In this document: in pieces, positions 1-15,400 of the stretch
Numbering within the stretch: position 1 is the stretch's first letter
How the letters are laid out: each line of letters starts with the position of its first letter
Assembly (NCBI GenBank): GCA_964247055.1
Contig: OZ176050.1
Coordinates: 14,136,001-14,200,000 of the forward strand
DNA: 64,000 nucleotides
From: Paragordius varius
Taxonomy: Eukaryota; Animalia; Nematomorpha
Direction: 5' to 3'
Notes under the pieces: generated by a model
The model's input: only the letters and a program-made list of their open reading frames with translations
Told to the model about the DNA's origin: nothing
Database searches by the model: none
Position numbers and translations under genes: made by a program

Positions 1-38
1 TAACTACGTGTATCACAAAGAGTTATAAGTGTTCACAA

Positions 39-1790
39 TTATATATGTGCGTTTGTGTCTACGAAATTCGGATCTAACTTAGCAACACTCTTTCCCTGTC
101 CTTGATACATATATGGTGGGGTCGGATTCGTGTAGGTAAGGTATCGCCGTTCTGTGTGAGTGTCAGTGATAGGTGCTATGGTGGGCGTTTGTTGGGATGG
201 CAACTCAATGATGAAATCCGAGGGTTTGAGCGGATGTATCGTGGCTTCGGTCGTAACAGTAGGGTACCTGACATATAGGTCATGCGATGGTGGAGTTTCT
301 TCGGACGAAGTTGTCTTTCCCATTATTCTTTCACCTCCTTCCCTTGGTTTCAGTTGATCAGTGTGTTTTCGGATTATTTTGTTCTCATCTCGCATTTCAT
401 ATGATAGAGTAAACCGAGTCGTTTATTTCATTTTTTATATATTTTCATTTTCATGGTATTCGTGATTCGGTTGTACATCGTCTAAGAAGTTTATTTATAT
501 TTTAGCCATGTGATTGGATTGGGTGAGGTACGTTTCAGAAAATGTTCTGCGGGACATATATTTGTAGCACTGTGTATGTTAGTGCGGTATCCCCAAAGCG
601 TGTATTTTTGATTGTGGGTCACCGTCTTCTGCTGACCGATGTTTTGAGGGTATATATCACTCGTTTCACCAATCCGTTCGTTTTTGGATGATAGGGAGCT
701 GATGTTACATGTTTAATGTTTCCCGTTTCCATGAATTTTTTAAGCTCTTCAGATGTAAAGTAAGACGCGTTGTCGGTTACTATCATTCTTGGTATCGACT
801 GAAACATCCGTCTAGGAAATTTAATATATTTTTGGTCGATATCATTTTTGATAGTTTAATTTCGACCCATATAGAAAAACTGTAAATAAGAACTATCCAA
901 TAATAATTGTCTATCGGGCCTGCTATATCTAGATGTAATCTCTCCCATATTGCTGTATTAGTGTTCCAATTGTATGTGGGATTCAGTTTTCGCATCGAAC
1001 GGTTTCTTGTCATTTTTTACACGTATCTACCCACTATTTTATGTCGCCTTTCCATGTTGTGCCAAAAGACTATTTGTCTTGCCTGTTCGTACATTTCTTT
1101 GGACCCCGGGTGTCCGACGTGTAATAATTGTAAGATTTTTACTTTTTGAGATTCTGCCAATATAATAACCCGTACGTATTTTCAATTTCATTTCTAAAAC
1201 TGTGGAATGGATGTAATATTTCATTGGACCAGGTGTTTGTTCTTAGTGCACTTATTACCTGTTTTAATACACGGTCGGTTTCGGTCTAGCTTCTAATATG
1301 GTCACGATTTATATTGAATAGATTAAACACATGTTGTGCTGTTTGAAGGCTTTCTGTGTCTTGTTGTTGCGGTTCTGTCGGCATGCGGGACAATGGATCT
1401 GCAATATTTTCGTGGCTTTAAATGTACCGTAGATTGTAATTTAATTTGCTAGCTTTATATATATATTCAACTTAGTAGCTTGGGATTATTTATTTGGTCT
1501 AGTTTACGATTATTTCCAAATAACTTTATTAGTGGTTTGTAATCAGTACCCAGTTCAAACTTCTTCCCATAATAACGGTTTTAAATTTTTCTAAAGCGAA
1601 AAGTATGGCTTGTGATTCCTTTTCTATCACTGAATAATCTACGGGTTTAGACCACTTTCTAGATGCGTAGGCAATAGGTTTATTTGTGCCCTTCTGCGTA
1701 GTCTGCAGTAACACTGCTCCGCACCCTTTCTTCGAGGCGTCTGTTTAGATTATTATAGGTAACTCAGGGTTGAACGGAGTTAGTTTAACA
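39..1790 (-). mobile_element. Decayed Ty3/gypsy pol fragment A (RNase H, integrase zinc finger, core and C-terminus)
   Basis: Minus-strand pieces: PFNPELPIII*TDASKKGCGAVLLQ..KPIAYASR..YSVIEKESQAILFALEKF (RNase H); WERLHLDIAGP; TDNASYFTSEE..HVTSAPYHPKTNGL (rve core); RKHTDQLKPR (C-terminal motif). Broken by stops and frameshifts. Confidence 0.9.
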
Positions 1791-2959
1791 GTATGAAAAA
1801 TTAAATTTTTGGTTCTGTTAAAACAGTCCTCGTAGTTTTTGGTTTAAATCCAGGGTTTTTATAACTGCTTAGGTCGTAGAGAGCCAAACCTCCATGCCAT
1901 TTCGGGAGGAATCGTGTGTGAAAATTTATATTGACAAATTTGGATTTATATTCCAATTGTAGCGTTCACAACGCTGTTAACCTTAGAAGGGAATGACTAG
2001 CACCACTTTTTTAAAAAATTTTGTGTATTGGGGAAAATCTTTCTTAAACCAAATTTCCATATTGCACAAATTGGATAATCTGGATTTCTGCAAGTTGTAT
2101 TATCCACCGTGTCTTTTATAATATCATAAGCAGCAAGGACCTGCCTAACCGTAACTTTTATGGGTTTATCAGGGTCACATTTGATTCAAAAGCTTTACAG
2201 TTTGAATCAATTATATCTGGGAACGAGAATGAATCGGATTTATAATTATTATTAAAATTATTATAATTATTATCCATTCTTAATTCTTCCATTATACCAC
2301 CCGATCCAATCGTTGTGTTTGATAAGGTAGATAGTGGTAATAAGGTATAAGAACCATGAGTCACAAACTTTGGTTTGCTGCGTTTGAGGTTAAATCATGG
2401 AATGATAGGCTCTTGAGAATACGTTTGATCTCTTTTAAAGCCTGTGCTATCTCAATATCAGAATCGAATTGAGCATGAATTTAAGATAGAGGGGCCAGTA
2501 GGTGTATTATCAGCATCGATCGAACTTTTTTGAAAAAGCAGTCAAATGCCCGACCCTAATTATTACACATTTATGACCGAACACATATTGGTTAAAATCA
2601 AAAATTTACAATTTTGAGGTGTCAACTTATTTTATTTTCGGAATGAGCTTCACTTTACTTATCTATTATTTCTGATCAATAAAAAATGTTGGCTCTAAAA
2701 TAATTTTCAAAAAATAAATGGGCTGTTTTCAATTTTATAATCACACTTTTGTCATTATTTAATGCTTTCAGCATACATGATCCATTTTTATGGCTCGCAT
2801 ATAAGTATATTCTGCCCAACTTAAGCTTGATTGTATAAATATTTAGGCTTTTTGATGGCATCAAATTAAAACGAATCTAAAAACGGGAAAAATAGATGCC
2901 TTTTTTGTTTTTTATTGGTGTTAGGTTAATCTTAATCTTTAAATTTAATACAAACATAT

Positions 2960-3068
2960 TAAAACATGGTGGTAAGTTTAATTTAATAATTTAATACGAA
3001 AGTTGTTTGTGCGTTTAAAATAATAGTATAATCTAAGGTTCATTCAAATTAGCCTTACCACTATGACA
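2960..3068 (-). repeat. 3' LTR (outer part) of gypsy B, preceded by a polypurine tract
   Basis: Starts TGTCATAGTGGTAA at 3068 on minus strand, directly after AAGGGGGTAGTGA (3069-3081). Shares AAGGTTCATTCAAATTAGCC and AAAACRTGGTGG with 6270-6416. Far end not resolved. Confidence 0.7.
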
Positions 3069-6000
3069 TCACTACCCCCTTCTAACGAAAGCGGACGGGG
3101 CGAATTCATTCGGGTACCGTCTTTCCTGTATTTTTGTTGGGGAGCTGGTTGTCGCAGGTTCTGGGTATTATCATTATTTGGCCTTGCGGCTGTCGGGGTA
3201 ATCGGTTTGGTTTCGTCACTTGGGTAGATAGTGTAGTTTGATTGAGGTTTGGCAATCGTAACATCATCTTTGACAGCGGTTTCTTTCGTCATCGAGTGTA
3301 GAGAGTTTCTATACGCCCATAGGCTAGTGTTAAATGCTACGTGGGTGGATATAGGATTATTTTTATTCTTTTGTATTTATTTTTAATCGTACCCACTAAT
3401 TCCATCCCATTAATCTTAGGATTGTGCGGGGTAACCTTAATATGTTTTACCCCTAAATTACTTAAGGATGACGTGAATTACTCACTGCTGAAATACGAAG
3501 CGTTATCGACGATTTCTCTTGCAAAACCAAACCTTGCAAACGTTTCTTCTACTTTATGGATTATATTAGCTGCGGTTACCTTTTTCAAAAAACACCCTTC
3601 TGCCCATTTCGAGGCACTATCAATTATCAACAACCAATAATACCGTCTACCAGTCAGGCTATATCAATATGCAAACGCTGCCACACAGCAGCATTATGAT
3701 CCCACTGATACGTGGAATTCTGTGTAACATTCGGCCTACTACGTTGGCACGATTCGCACTAATTACTAGCTTTTACCAGGTCATTTTCTAATTCTGGCCA
3801 ATAACACGTAAATCTGGCCATCGCTTTCATGGTCTATACGAGGTTATGACCGCTGTCTAGGTATTTCACCACCTCTTTTTGGAGAGGCTTTGGAATTATA
3901 ATCCGATCATTTAAACTTAACAAGCCATATTGATATGTAACTCATCTTTACGGTTTACAAACTTTATTAATTCTAAATTCCAGTCATGGTTGTTTAACGC
4001 TCTAATTTTTGTAATATTGGATCTAATGCGGTTTCTTTTCGAATTTCACCTCTGACCGCATGTTACAATTCAAAAATCTCAGGTATCTGGTAACCGTATA
4101 ATCTTCACCATAGGCATCGATTTCTTCAATCGGCCATCTCGATAAATAATCAGCTCTATTTTGAGCCCCTTTTTGATTACTTATTTCAAAATCGTATTCA
4201 TTTATCATATTTATCCATAGTTTTTACCATTTGAATTTCGATCTCTATATATTTCTAAAGATGGTCAGTTATTATCACAAATTTTCTACCATATACAAAA
4301 TATGAAACTTTCTCAACGCAAAAAATATTACTTTTAATTCCTTCTCGATATTGTAATAATTTCGTTCGGCGTTGCTACATGTAGGCATACGCGATCGGTA
4401 TCTTTTCACTATTAACCTCCTGACTTAAATTGCACGCAAATCCTAAATCTGAAGCATCAGTTTCTATTATCGATTTCCTATTCGGATTATATGGTGTTAA
4501 AACATTTTCGCTTAACATTTTCTTGCTAATTAGCTTTTCTCATGTTTCTCGGTCCAAGGCCATCTCGTATTTTTATTACTTAATTCATGTAAAGGACCGA
4601 CTATCATTTGTAATTTTGGTATAAAACGTTCATGAAACGTCAAAAAACCTAAAAAACTACATAATGATATCTATCGGTCTTTTTAGTTCATTAATTGTTT
4701 TGATTTTGCTTTTACATGGGCTGATACCCTTTTTCGATATTTCAAACCCAAAATAGTTTACTGATTCTGCACCTCATTATTTTATCTTGTCTTAATTTGA
4801 ATCCGGCCTTATCGAGACGACTTAATACTTATTTAAATTGTTAAGGTGCTCATTTTCCGTCCTACCAGTCACTAGGACATCATCTAAATATCCGCAAGTT
4901 CCCAAACTTTCAGCCGGCACCTGTTCCATCACCCGTTGAAAGATGATGGGTGCCGTGGCCAGTCCAAACGGCATGGTTTGTATCCAAAAAAATTTTTATG
5001 TGTTAAAATAGTTAACAATTCTTGACACTCCTCTACCACTGGCATCTGGAGGTAAGCATCTTTTAAATCAATTTTTGTGAATGTGAGACCTTCGCCTATT
5101 TTCAACACCTCATCAAACGTGAGGATTATATAGTCATCTTGCAACCACTTATTAATTTCGAAAATCACTGCATACTTAATTCGCCATTCGGTTTAAATAC
5201 ATTAACCATAGGCGTGGCCCATGTCAAAGGTGTGATGTTAGGAAAAACCGGTTCTAAGATGCCTAACTTTTCTAGCCTCGTCAGCTCTTTCTCTACCTTT
5301 TCTCTTAATGGAAAAGGCACCCTGGGACATGGCCATACTTTCGGGATCGCATTCGCTGCAATGCGAATTTTTACAGAGTCCTTATAACACCCTAACTTAT
5401 TTTCGAATAAGTTTTTAAAATTTTTGCAAATCTCATTTAATTTAAGATAAATTTTAATCTGTGGAATTTTAATCTGCAACTTAGCCATTCAGTCCAGTCC
5501 ACAGATCAGTGGTGCCATTCCCATCATTTTGCTTAGGACACATATGTACCCGATCATTTGTTTGCCTTTTACCTGAACGTTAACGCTTGCTATCCCCATC
5601 ATTGGCACCGTGGTGTTGTTGTAAGATTTCACTGACGGTGTCGGTCGTAGTTTGGGTTAACCTTGTTCCCACGTTGTAAAGCTCATTACACTGATATCAG
5701 AACCGGTATCATAGATCAAGTCTTTTTCAGACCGTTTATTATTAATGTTATCAGTAAAGGTTGAGCATTTCGACCTACCTTGACATCTTTCAATAGTTGC
5801 CTATTAAAGTTAGGTTTTTGTCTCTTGGCTATGCACATCCTAGCAAAATGGTTTTTTCCGCATTTGTTGTAGGATTGTCCAACTTGTTGAGTGGGTGTGG
5901 GAAGCCGCAATGTTTGCCGGTAGATGATTTTATATTGTTTGTCGGTAGGGGTTATAATGTTGCAACCGATTGATATTATTATTGCTGCTACTATATCGTC

Positions 6001-6269
6001 GATTGCTATTATTATTGTGTTTTTTTATGGATAAATTGGCAATGCTACCGTTAGAAGATGCTATTATCATTGGTTCGGTAATTGCGTCTGGATTCTATTT
6101 AAATGGAGCCAAACGTCAGATACGGTAAAAAGGATCAATTTATTGTATATGTTCGTTGTTATATAATTATCTATCTATATATATTAAATAATCAGGTAAA
6201 AATATATTTACATATATCAAGGTGAATTGCTTGCCTTACTACAATTTATTCAAAGTATAATAATAATAG

Positions 6270-6416
6270 TAAAACGTGGTGGTGAGGTTAATTTAATAGT
6301 TTAATAATACTGTAAACAAAAGTTACGAGGATAATCTATAAATATGTATTAAGCGGTTAATTTAATATTATAATATAAGGTTCATTCAAATTAGCCAGTC
6401 AGTTACCACTATAACA
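6270..6416 (-). repeat. 5' LTR (outer part) of gypsy B
   Basis: Starts TGTTATAGTGGTAA at 6416 on minus strand; diverged homolog of 2960-3068. No PBS recognised. Confidence 0.65.
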
Positions 6417-9400
6417 ATATCCCAGAACTCAATATACAATTTTACAGTTTTGAAAATTTAGAAATAATATAATTATTAAACATTGTTCTCATTTATTAGA
6501 TAAAAAGGCTGATATTTTTTACAGTTTTTGTGACTTCTTGAATCTAAAATTGGGACAGCACCAAAACAGGAATTAAAAGAACAGTTACCATTAAAATCAA
6601 AATATAACAAGTTTTTGCTGGTAAATATAGCCTAAACCTGTTAAATTAATTATTTATATTTTCTCGCCATAATATAAATTTATTTGCCTTTGCATGAGCG
6701 AATTAAAAAATATTAATAGAAAAATGGTGGCAATAAGTTTGAGAGGATTTTTTAACTTACATTTAAAAAAGTTGTATAATGCGCCTAAAGGATTAAAACA
6801 ACATATTTTGAATCCGGCTTAATAGCTTAAATACTTTTATTTAATACAAATCTCTCTGGTATATGAAACTATTCCAAAAGGTAATGGAGCGTTAATAAAT
6901 TTATGATGTTGTGAATTGTAATTGTTATTTTTAAGCAAAATATATATTATAATTTTAAGAGCACCCTCTCAAATTGTAAACTTCCGTAAATGTTAATAGA
7001 TATATTTTTCGGAAATCATTTCAGTAAAATATTGCCCATTTTACTAGATATTTGCTATTTATTATTGGAAATTCGCAGAGTTCAATTATTATAAAATTGA
7101 TGATTTAACAAAAATTACATATATCTTCGGCGCAAATTAACTTGTAAACACACATAGAACTAACACTAATTAATTAAATTTTTATTTCAGTGTTTTTGCT
7201 CTTTTAGTAAACCTACAATACCAAATTTATTCGCAAATATACGTTTCAGAATAATTTTCATCTTTTTTATTATGACTGTTAGCCAACTATGATTTTAGAC
7301 TGACTATTTTCATTTAATAATTTATTCTCCACACTTTAGTTTTGTGCTAAACACCTAATTTATCTTTGATCCATTATTTTATTATCTAACTTGCATGCTT
7401 TAACATAAATAACACCATCTAATGTACCCAAAGAGTAATTTTATGTGTGTCTTTTGTGTACAAAATCTATTAATTTTATATGGTCCAATACATTTATCAT
7501 AATTTGAGTTTCGACATGTGATGCTATATAACTTTTTTACCATACTTTTGACATATTGCTTTAAATATTTTGATCAAATAATAACCCTTAATTGGTTGTT
7601 TTAACCCTAGAGCCTGTTTATTGGTAGAAAATGAAGAAACCTCACCCTATGTTTTCAGTGCCAAATTTGGGTTTTATTTTTGGGGTCTATTTATTCTGAG
7701 TTCAAAATCAATATTTATAGTATATTAGTAAAAATAACCCGCCCCTTATCCCAAATAAACGTTTAATATTTTACGCATGATTTTCAAGATAATACATTGA
7801 ATATTTTTGTTTAGGGGCAATCGTAAAAAAGATAATAGGAAAATGTTTTATATATGATTCAATTTTGGACAAATGGGCTATTTATTACAGTTTTTTTCTT
7901 TCTGGACATTTTTTGTTGCAACATTTATAATATTTTATAGATTGCAAGCCATTGTAGCAATGGGAAACATCTAAAAAGAGAGAAAATTTGACGTAGGGTG
8001 TATATTTAAAGATTTCTAATCCATTTTATAATTCACCTCAAAAGGAGTCAATGCATATTTTTAAATTAGACTTAATATTATATATGCTTTATCACACATA
8101 AAAATTAACATTTCAATAACCTTTTCACTTTTTTGTCCATTTGTTCTACTGAGGTAGTTGTATATCCCAGAGCTCAATTTTGTGTATAAATTACAGTTTT
8201 AAAAAATATTTTTATATTTAATTCAAACATTGTTCACATTTATCAAAGAAAAAAAGTTGATATTTCAGTTTTTCTTACTTCTAAAGTCTGAAATTAGAAC
8301 AGCACCGAAACACGATTTAAAGAACAGCTAATATTATAATCAAAATATAACAAGTTTTTGCTGGTAAAATATAGCCGAAACCTGTTTAAAGTTAATTTTA
8401 CATTTCCGCCATAATATACATTTGATGTCCTTTTACATTAGCGAATAATACAATTTTATAGAAAAACTGGTGGCAAAAAAGTTTGGGATGAAGATTATTT
8501 ACAATTTTACATTAAAAAAAAAGTTTTATAATGTGCCTATAAGACTAAAACAGCATATTTTTAATTCTACTTAATAGCTTTAATACTTACCCTCATATAT
8601 AATCTATTCCAAAAGGTAATGGAATTTAATAAAATTATGAAGTTGTAAATTGAAATTGATATTAAAGCAAAATATATATTTTGAGCACTCTCAAATTTTA
8701 AACTTGCGTTAGTAAATTAATGGGTATTACTAGATATTGCTGTTTATTGATAAAAAATAGTAGAGTTTTTTTCAATTATATAAATCGATGATTCAACAAA
8801 AATTACATATATCTTCGGCGTAACTTGTAAACAAACATAGAACAAAACTAAATTAAACTATTTTTTATATCAGTGTTTTTGCTCTTATAGAATACCTAAA
8901 ATACCAGTTTTATTCACAAATTTACGTTTCAAATAATAATTATCATCTTTTTTTAAATTTATAACTGTTAGCCCACTATGAGAGACTGACTTATTTTCAT
9001 TTAAAAAGAGGTCCTCCATAATTTAGTTTTGTGCCGAACACCGTATTTCTTTTGATCAATTATTTTATTATCTCACCATGCTTTAACAAAACACCATCTT
9101 ATATATCCAAAGGGTATTTTATGCGTGTCTTTTGTGAACAAAATATGGTCTTATACATTTATCATAATCTGAGTTTCGACATGTATAGATTATTTATATA
9201 CTCAATATATTTTAATTACTTTTTTCCCATACTTTTGGCATGTTCCTCTAAATATTTTGATCAAATAAAATCCATACATATAATTGCTTGTTTTAACCTA
9301 GAGCCTGTTTATGGGCAGAAAATGAGAATAAACCTCACCCTATGTTGTCTGTGCCAGATTTGGGTTTTATTTTTGGGGTTTATTTATTCAGCTGAGGTCA

Positions 9401-12400
9401 AAATCAATATAATACCCTCCCCCCTCCTTCCCAAATAAACGTTTAATATTTTACGCATGATTTTCACGATAATACTTTTGAGTATTTTTGTTTAGGGGCG
9501 ATCGTAAAAAGGATAATAGGTAAATGTTTTTTTATATGATTCAATTTTGGACAAATGGGCTATTTAATAGTTTTATTATTTCTTACTTGGGACATTTTTT
9601 TGTTGGGACATTATAGACTATTAAATAGTTTTTTGATAAAACTTTGTAATGCTTTAAAAGCAAGCCATTGTAGCGATTGAAAATTTCTAAAACGAGAGTA
9701 AATTCCACGTGTGGTGGATATTTTAAGATTACTAATCCATTTTATAATTGACATTAAAAGGCCATATGCATATTTTTATATTTGACCTAACACTATATAT
9801 GCTAAAATTTAATATTTCAGCTCAATTGTGAATAAAGTACAGTTTTGAAAGTTATTTAATTAAATTTAATTATCAAACATTGTTGTCATTTATTTGATAA
9901 AAAGGCAGATATTTTTCACAGTTTTTATGTCTAGAGTCTGAAAAACAGCACTAAAACAGGATTTAAAAGAACAGTTAACATGAAAATCAAAGTTTCAAGT
10001 TTTTGCTTGTAAATTATAAGAAACCTGTTCAAGTTAATTTAAATTTTCTCGCCATAAAATATATTTATTTGCCTGTTGCTTGAGCGAATTAAAAAGATTA
10101 ACGCAAAATGGGCAAAAAAGTTTGAGATGCTGTCACAATTTTACATATCAAAATGTATAATGCTCCTAAAAGTTTAAAGTAGCATATTTTAAATTGGCTT
10201 AATAGCTTACCTAAACACTTTTCACATTAATACAAATCGTACTGATATATATAACTTTCCAAAAGGCAATAGAGTGTTATTAAATTTATGATGTTGTATA
10301 TTGTAATTGTTATTTTTAAGCAAAATAATATATAGGAGTATTATCAGAGCTCCCTTTCTAAATGTTAATACATATAATGCGTTGCTGGATATTTGCTATT
10401 TGTTATATTAATAATAGGCTGAATTTTTTTCAATTATTGTATATAGATGATAATTTAACAAAAATATCTTGGCGAAAATTAACTTGTAAACAAACACAGA
10501 ACTAAGACTGATTAAATATACTATATTTTTATTTCAGTGTTTTTGCCCCTATCCTACAATATCAGCTTTATTCACACATTAACGTTTAAGGTAATATTTA
10601 TAATCTCTTTTTTAAATTATAACTGTTAGCCAAACTATGATTTTAGACTGACTATTTTCATTTATAAATATATCCTCCATACTTTAGTTTTGTGTTGAAA
10701 ACCTATTAGATCCATTATTCTATTATCTAACTTGCATGCTTTAACATAAAAAACCATCTAATATAGCCAAAGAGTAATTTATAAAATAAAAAGGCAGAAA
10801 TTTTTGCTATTTTTGTGACTTCTAGACTCTGAAATTGGAACAAACCCGAAACATGATTTAAAAAAACAGCTGATATTTTAATCAAAAAATAAATAGTTTT
10901 TGCTGGTAAAATATAGCATGAAACCTGTTTAAAGCTAATTATTTAGACATTTTCCTTATAATATATTAGCGATATACAAAAATAATAGAAAAAATAGTTT
11001 GAAACATAGAACTAATTAATTAAACTATTTTTTTTCAGAGTTTGTGCTCTTAGTATAGTAAACTTACAATACCAACTTTATTCACAAAATTACGTTTTAG
11101 GTAATAATTATCATTTCCTATTTAAATTATAACTGTAAGCCAACTATGATTTTAGACTGACTTATTTTCATTTAAAAATAAGTCCTCCATAATTTAGTTT
11201 TGTGCCGAACACCTTATTTCTTTTGATCCATTATTTTATTATCTCACCATGCCTTAACATAAAAAACAGCATCTAATATACCCAAAGGGTATTTTATGCG
11301 TCTCTTTTGCGAACAAAATATGGTCTTATACATTTAACATAATCTGAGTTTCGACATGTATAGATTATTTATATACTCAATATATTTTAATTACTTTTTT
11401 CCCATACTTTTGGCATGTTCATCTAAATATTTTAGTCAAATAATAATCCTTATATAATTGCTTGTTTTAACCCTAGAGCCTGTTTATGGGTAAATTCAGG
11501 AGTAAATTTTACCCTATGTTGTCTGTGCCAGATTTGGGTTTTTTTTAGGTTTATTTATTCAGTTGAAGTCAAAATCAATATTATAATATTAGTCTTAAAA
11601 TACTCACCCCCCTCCTTCCCAAATAAAAGTTTAATATTTTACGCATGATTTTCACGATAATACTTTTGAATATTCTTGTTTAGGGATCGTAAAGAGGATA
11701 ATAGGTAAATATTTTTTTATAAAATTCAATTTTGGACAAATGGGCTATTTATTACAGTTTTATTATTTCTTACTTGGGACATTTTTTTGTTGGAACATTA
11801 TAGACTATTAAATAGATTTTTATGATAAAACTTTTTAATGCTTCAAAAGCAAGCCATTGTAGCGATTGAAAATTTCTAAAACGAGATTAAATTTCACGTA
11901 TGGCGGATATTTTAAGATTACTAATCCATTTTATAATGCATATTAAAAGACCATGTGCTGACTTAACACTATATATGCTAATATTTAATATTTCAGCTCA
12001 ATTTTGTGAATAACATTGTTGTCATTTATTTGATAAAAAGTCAGATGAAAATTAAAGTTTCAAGTTTTTGCTGGTAAAATATATCCTGAAACCTGTTTAA
12101 GTTAATTATTTTAATTTTCTCGCCATAATATACATTTATTTGCCTTTGTGTATGAGCAAATTACAAAGATTAAGGCAAAATGGGCAAAGTATAATGCTTC
12201 TAAAAGATTAAAGCAGCATATTTTAAATTCGACTGAATAGCTAAACTACTTTACATTAATACAAATCGCAATGATATATAAACTATTCCAAAAAGTATTT
12301 GAGTGTTATAAAATTTATGATGTTGTATATTGTTATTCTTATTTTTAAGCAAAATAATATATAGGAGTTTAATTATCAGAGCTCTTTTTCTATATGTTAA

Positions 12401-15400
12401 AAAATATAATGCGTTGCTGGATATTTGCTATTTCTTAAAAAGGCCGAATTTTTTCATTAATCGTATATGGATGATAATTTAACAAAAATATCATCTTCGG
12501 CGAAAATTAACTTGTAAACAAACATACTAAAACTAATTAACCTTTTTTTCAGTGTTTTTGCTCTTATAGTATATCTATCAGCTTTATTCACAAATTTACG
12601 TTTCAGGTAATAATTATCAACTTTTTAAATCATAAGTTGTTAGCCAACTATGATTTTAGACTGACTTTAAGTCCTCCATACTTTAGTTTTGTGCCAAACA
12701 ACTATTAGATACATTATATTATCTAACTTGCATGCTTTAATATAAAAAATCCATCTAACATAGCCAAAGATGTCACTTCTGTAGTCTGAAATTGGAACAA
12801 CATCGAAACATGATTTAAACGCTGATATTATAACCAAAATATAACAAGTTTTTGCTGATAAATATAGCTCAAACCTGTTTAAAATTAATTATATACACAT
12901 TTTCGCCATAATATACAAGCGATATTAAAAAAAATAAAAGCGACAAAAAAGGCGACAAATAAGTTTGAGATCTTAAGCTTAAATACTTTTTAAGATATTA
13001 ATACAAATCATTTTGATGTATGAATATTCCAAAAGGTAATGGAATGTTAATAAATTTTTGATGTTGTAAATTGTAAAGCACAATATATATTTCAATTTTA
13101 AGAGCACTCTTCTCAAATTGTAAACTTCCGTAAATGCTAAAAGATAGTAAAATAATGCTTCTATATATTTGCTATTTGTTATTGGAAATTCGGAGAGTTA
13201 TGATTATATAAATTGATGATTCAACAAAAATTACATATATCATCGGCAAAAATTAACTTGTAAACAAAAATAGAATTAAATTTTTTTTATTTGTGTTTAT
13301 GCCCCTATAGTATACCTACAATATCATTATTCACAAATACACGTTTCAGGTAATAATTATCATCTCTTTTTTAAATTATAACTGTTAGCCAACTATGATA
13401 TTAGACTGACTATTTTCATTTAAAAATAACTCCTCCATCATTTAGTTTTGTACTGAACACCTAATTTCTTTTCATACATTATTTTACTTACTAACTTGCA
13501 TGCTTTAACATAAAAAAACTATGTATTATACCCAAAGGGTAATTTTAAAAAAATTGTAATGCCTTAAAAGCCATTGTAGCGATTGAAGATGGATAAAACT
13601 ATAGAAAATTTGACTTGTCGTGAATATTTTAAGATTGCTTATCCATTTTATTATTCATTTGAAAAGGAGCCAAATGCATATTTTTTGAATATGACTTCAT
13701 ATTATATATGCTTTATCACACATAAAATTTACCATTTCAATACTTTTCATTTTGTCCAAGTTCTTCTGAGGTTTTATATCCCAGAGCTTAATTTTGTAAA
13801 TAAACTACAGTTTTAAAAGTTTTTTATTTGAATATCAAACATAGTTCACATTTATCAATAAAAAGGCAGATTTACAGTTTTGTGATTTCTATAGTCTGAA
13901 ATCGGAACAGCACCCAACACGATTTAAAGAACGGCTGATATTAAAATCAAAATATAACAAGTTTTTGCTGGTAAAATATAGCCTGAAACCTGTTTAAAGT
14001 TAATTATTTACATTTTCTCGCCATAATATACAAGCGATATAAAAAATAGAAAAAGATGACGAAAAAAAGTTTGAGATGCTGAATTTTCACAATTTTACAT
14101 ATTATAAATTGTATAATGCGCCTAAATTAAATTAGCATTTTTAAAATTCCGCTTATATCTTAAATACTTTTTAAGATATTACTAATCGCTCTGGTATATT
14201 ATTCCAAAAGTTAATAGAGTGTTATTATATTAATGATGTTGTATTTGTTAATTTTAAGCAAAATAATATATAAAAGCTTAATTTTAAGAGCTCTCTATCT
14301 CTCTCTCTTAATGTTAAGAGAAATAATGCGTTAGACATTTGTAATTTGTTATATAAAGATAGGCTGAATTTTTATCAATTATAATGTAAATTGATGATTT
14401 AACAAAAGTTACATATATTATCGGCAAAAATTAATTAAACAAACATGACCTAAAACTAATATATTAAACTATTTTTTTATTTCAGTGTTTTTGCTCCGAT
14501 AGTAAACATACAATACCAACTTTATTCGCAAATTTACGTTCTTTTTTAATAATAGTTACTATTATTTTAGACTGACTATTTTTATTTATAAATTTATCCA
14601 CCATACTTTAGTTTTGTGCTAAACGCTTATTTGATCATTATTTTATTATCTAACTTGCTTGCTTTAACATAAAAAACCCATCTAATATAGCCAAAGAGTA
14701 ATAGATAAAAAGGCAGATATTTTTTACAGTTTTTGTGACTTCTAGCGTTTGAAATCGAAACAGCACCGAAACACGATATAAAAAACCCCTGATATTAAAA
14801 TCAAACTGAAACCTGTTTAAAGTTAATTATTTACACATTCTCGCCATAATATACAAGCGATATAAAAAATAATAGAAAAAAATGGCGACAAAAAAGTTTG
14901 AGATGAGGATTTTTTTTACAAATTTACATTAAAAAAAAGTTGTATAATGCGCCTAAAATATTAAAACAACATATTTTGTATTCGATTTAATAGCTTGAAT
15001 ACTTTTCAAGATATTAATACACATTCTGGTATATGAAACTAAAAGTTAATGGAGGGTTAATAAATTTATGATGTTGTAAATTGTTATTTTTAAGCAAAAT
15101 ATATATTTTAATTTAAGAACGCTTCTTCTCAAATTCTAAACTTCCGTAAATATTAAAAGATAGTAAAATAATGGGTATTTTACTATATATTTGCTATTTA
15201 TTGTTAGAAATTCGCAGAGTTTATAAATTGATGATTCAACAAAAATTATATCGTCGGCGAAAATTAACTTGTAAACAAACATCACTAAAACTAATTAATT
15301 AAACTATTTTATTTCAGTGTTTTTGCTCTTATAGTATACCTACAATACCAGTTATTCACAAATACACGTTTCTGGTAATAATTATCATCTCTTTTTTAAT

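Larger units (their letters stand above)
2960..6416 (-). mobile_element. Decayed Ty3/gypsy LTR retrotransposon B (gag knuckle, protease, RT, RNase H, integrase)
   Basis: In order on minus strand: KCGKNHFARMC knuckle (~5860), LIYDTGSDISV protease (~5700), RT (KVEKELTRLEKLGIL, WATPMV, KIDLKDAYLQ, GYLDDVL ~4880), EYDFEI..QNRADYLSR, integrase zinc finger (MARFTCYWPELEND..CESCQ ~3750-3820), core (IIDSASKWAE..FARFG..DNASYFSS ~3400-3640). Confidence 0.9.

Noticed and set aside
3341-3640. 99-aa hydrophobic plus-strand ORF
   Set aside because: It is the antisense shadow of the gypsy integrase core on the minus strand.
9031-9438. 135-aa ORF, the longest in the track
   Set aside because: It lies in one array unit; the frame is broken in sister units and the composition is typical of AT-rich noise.
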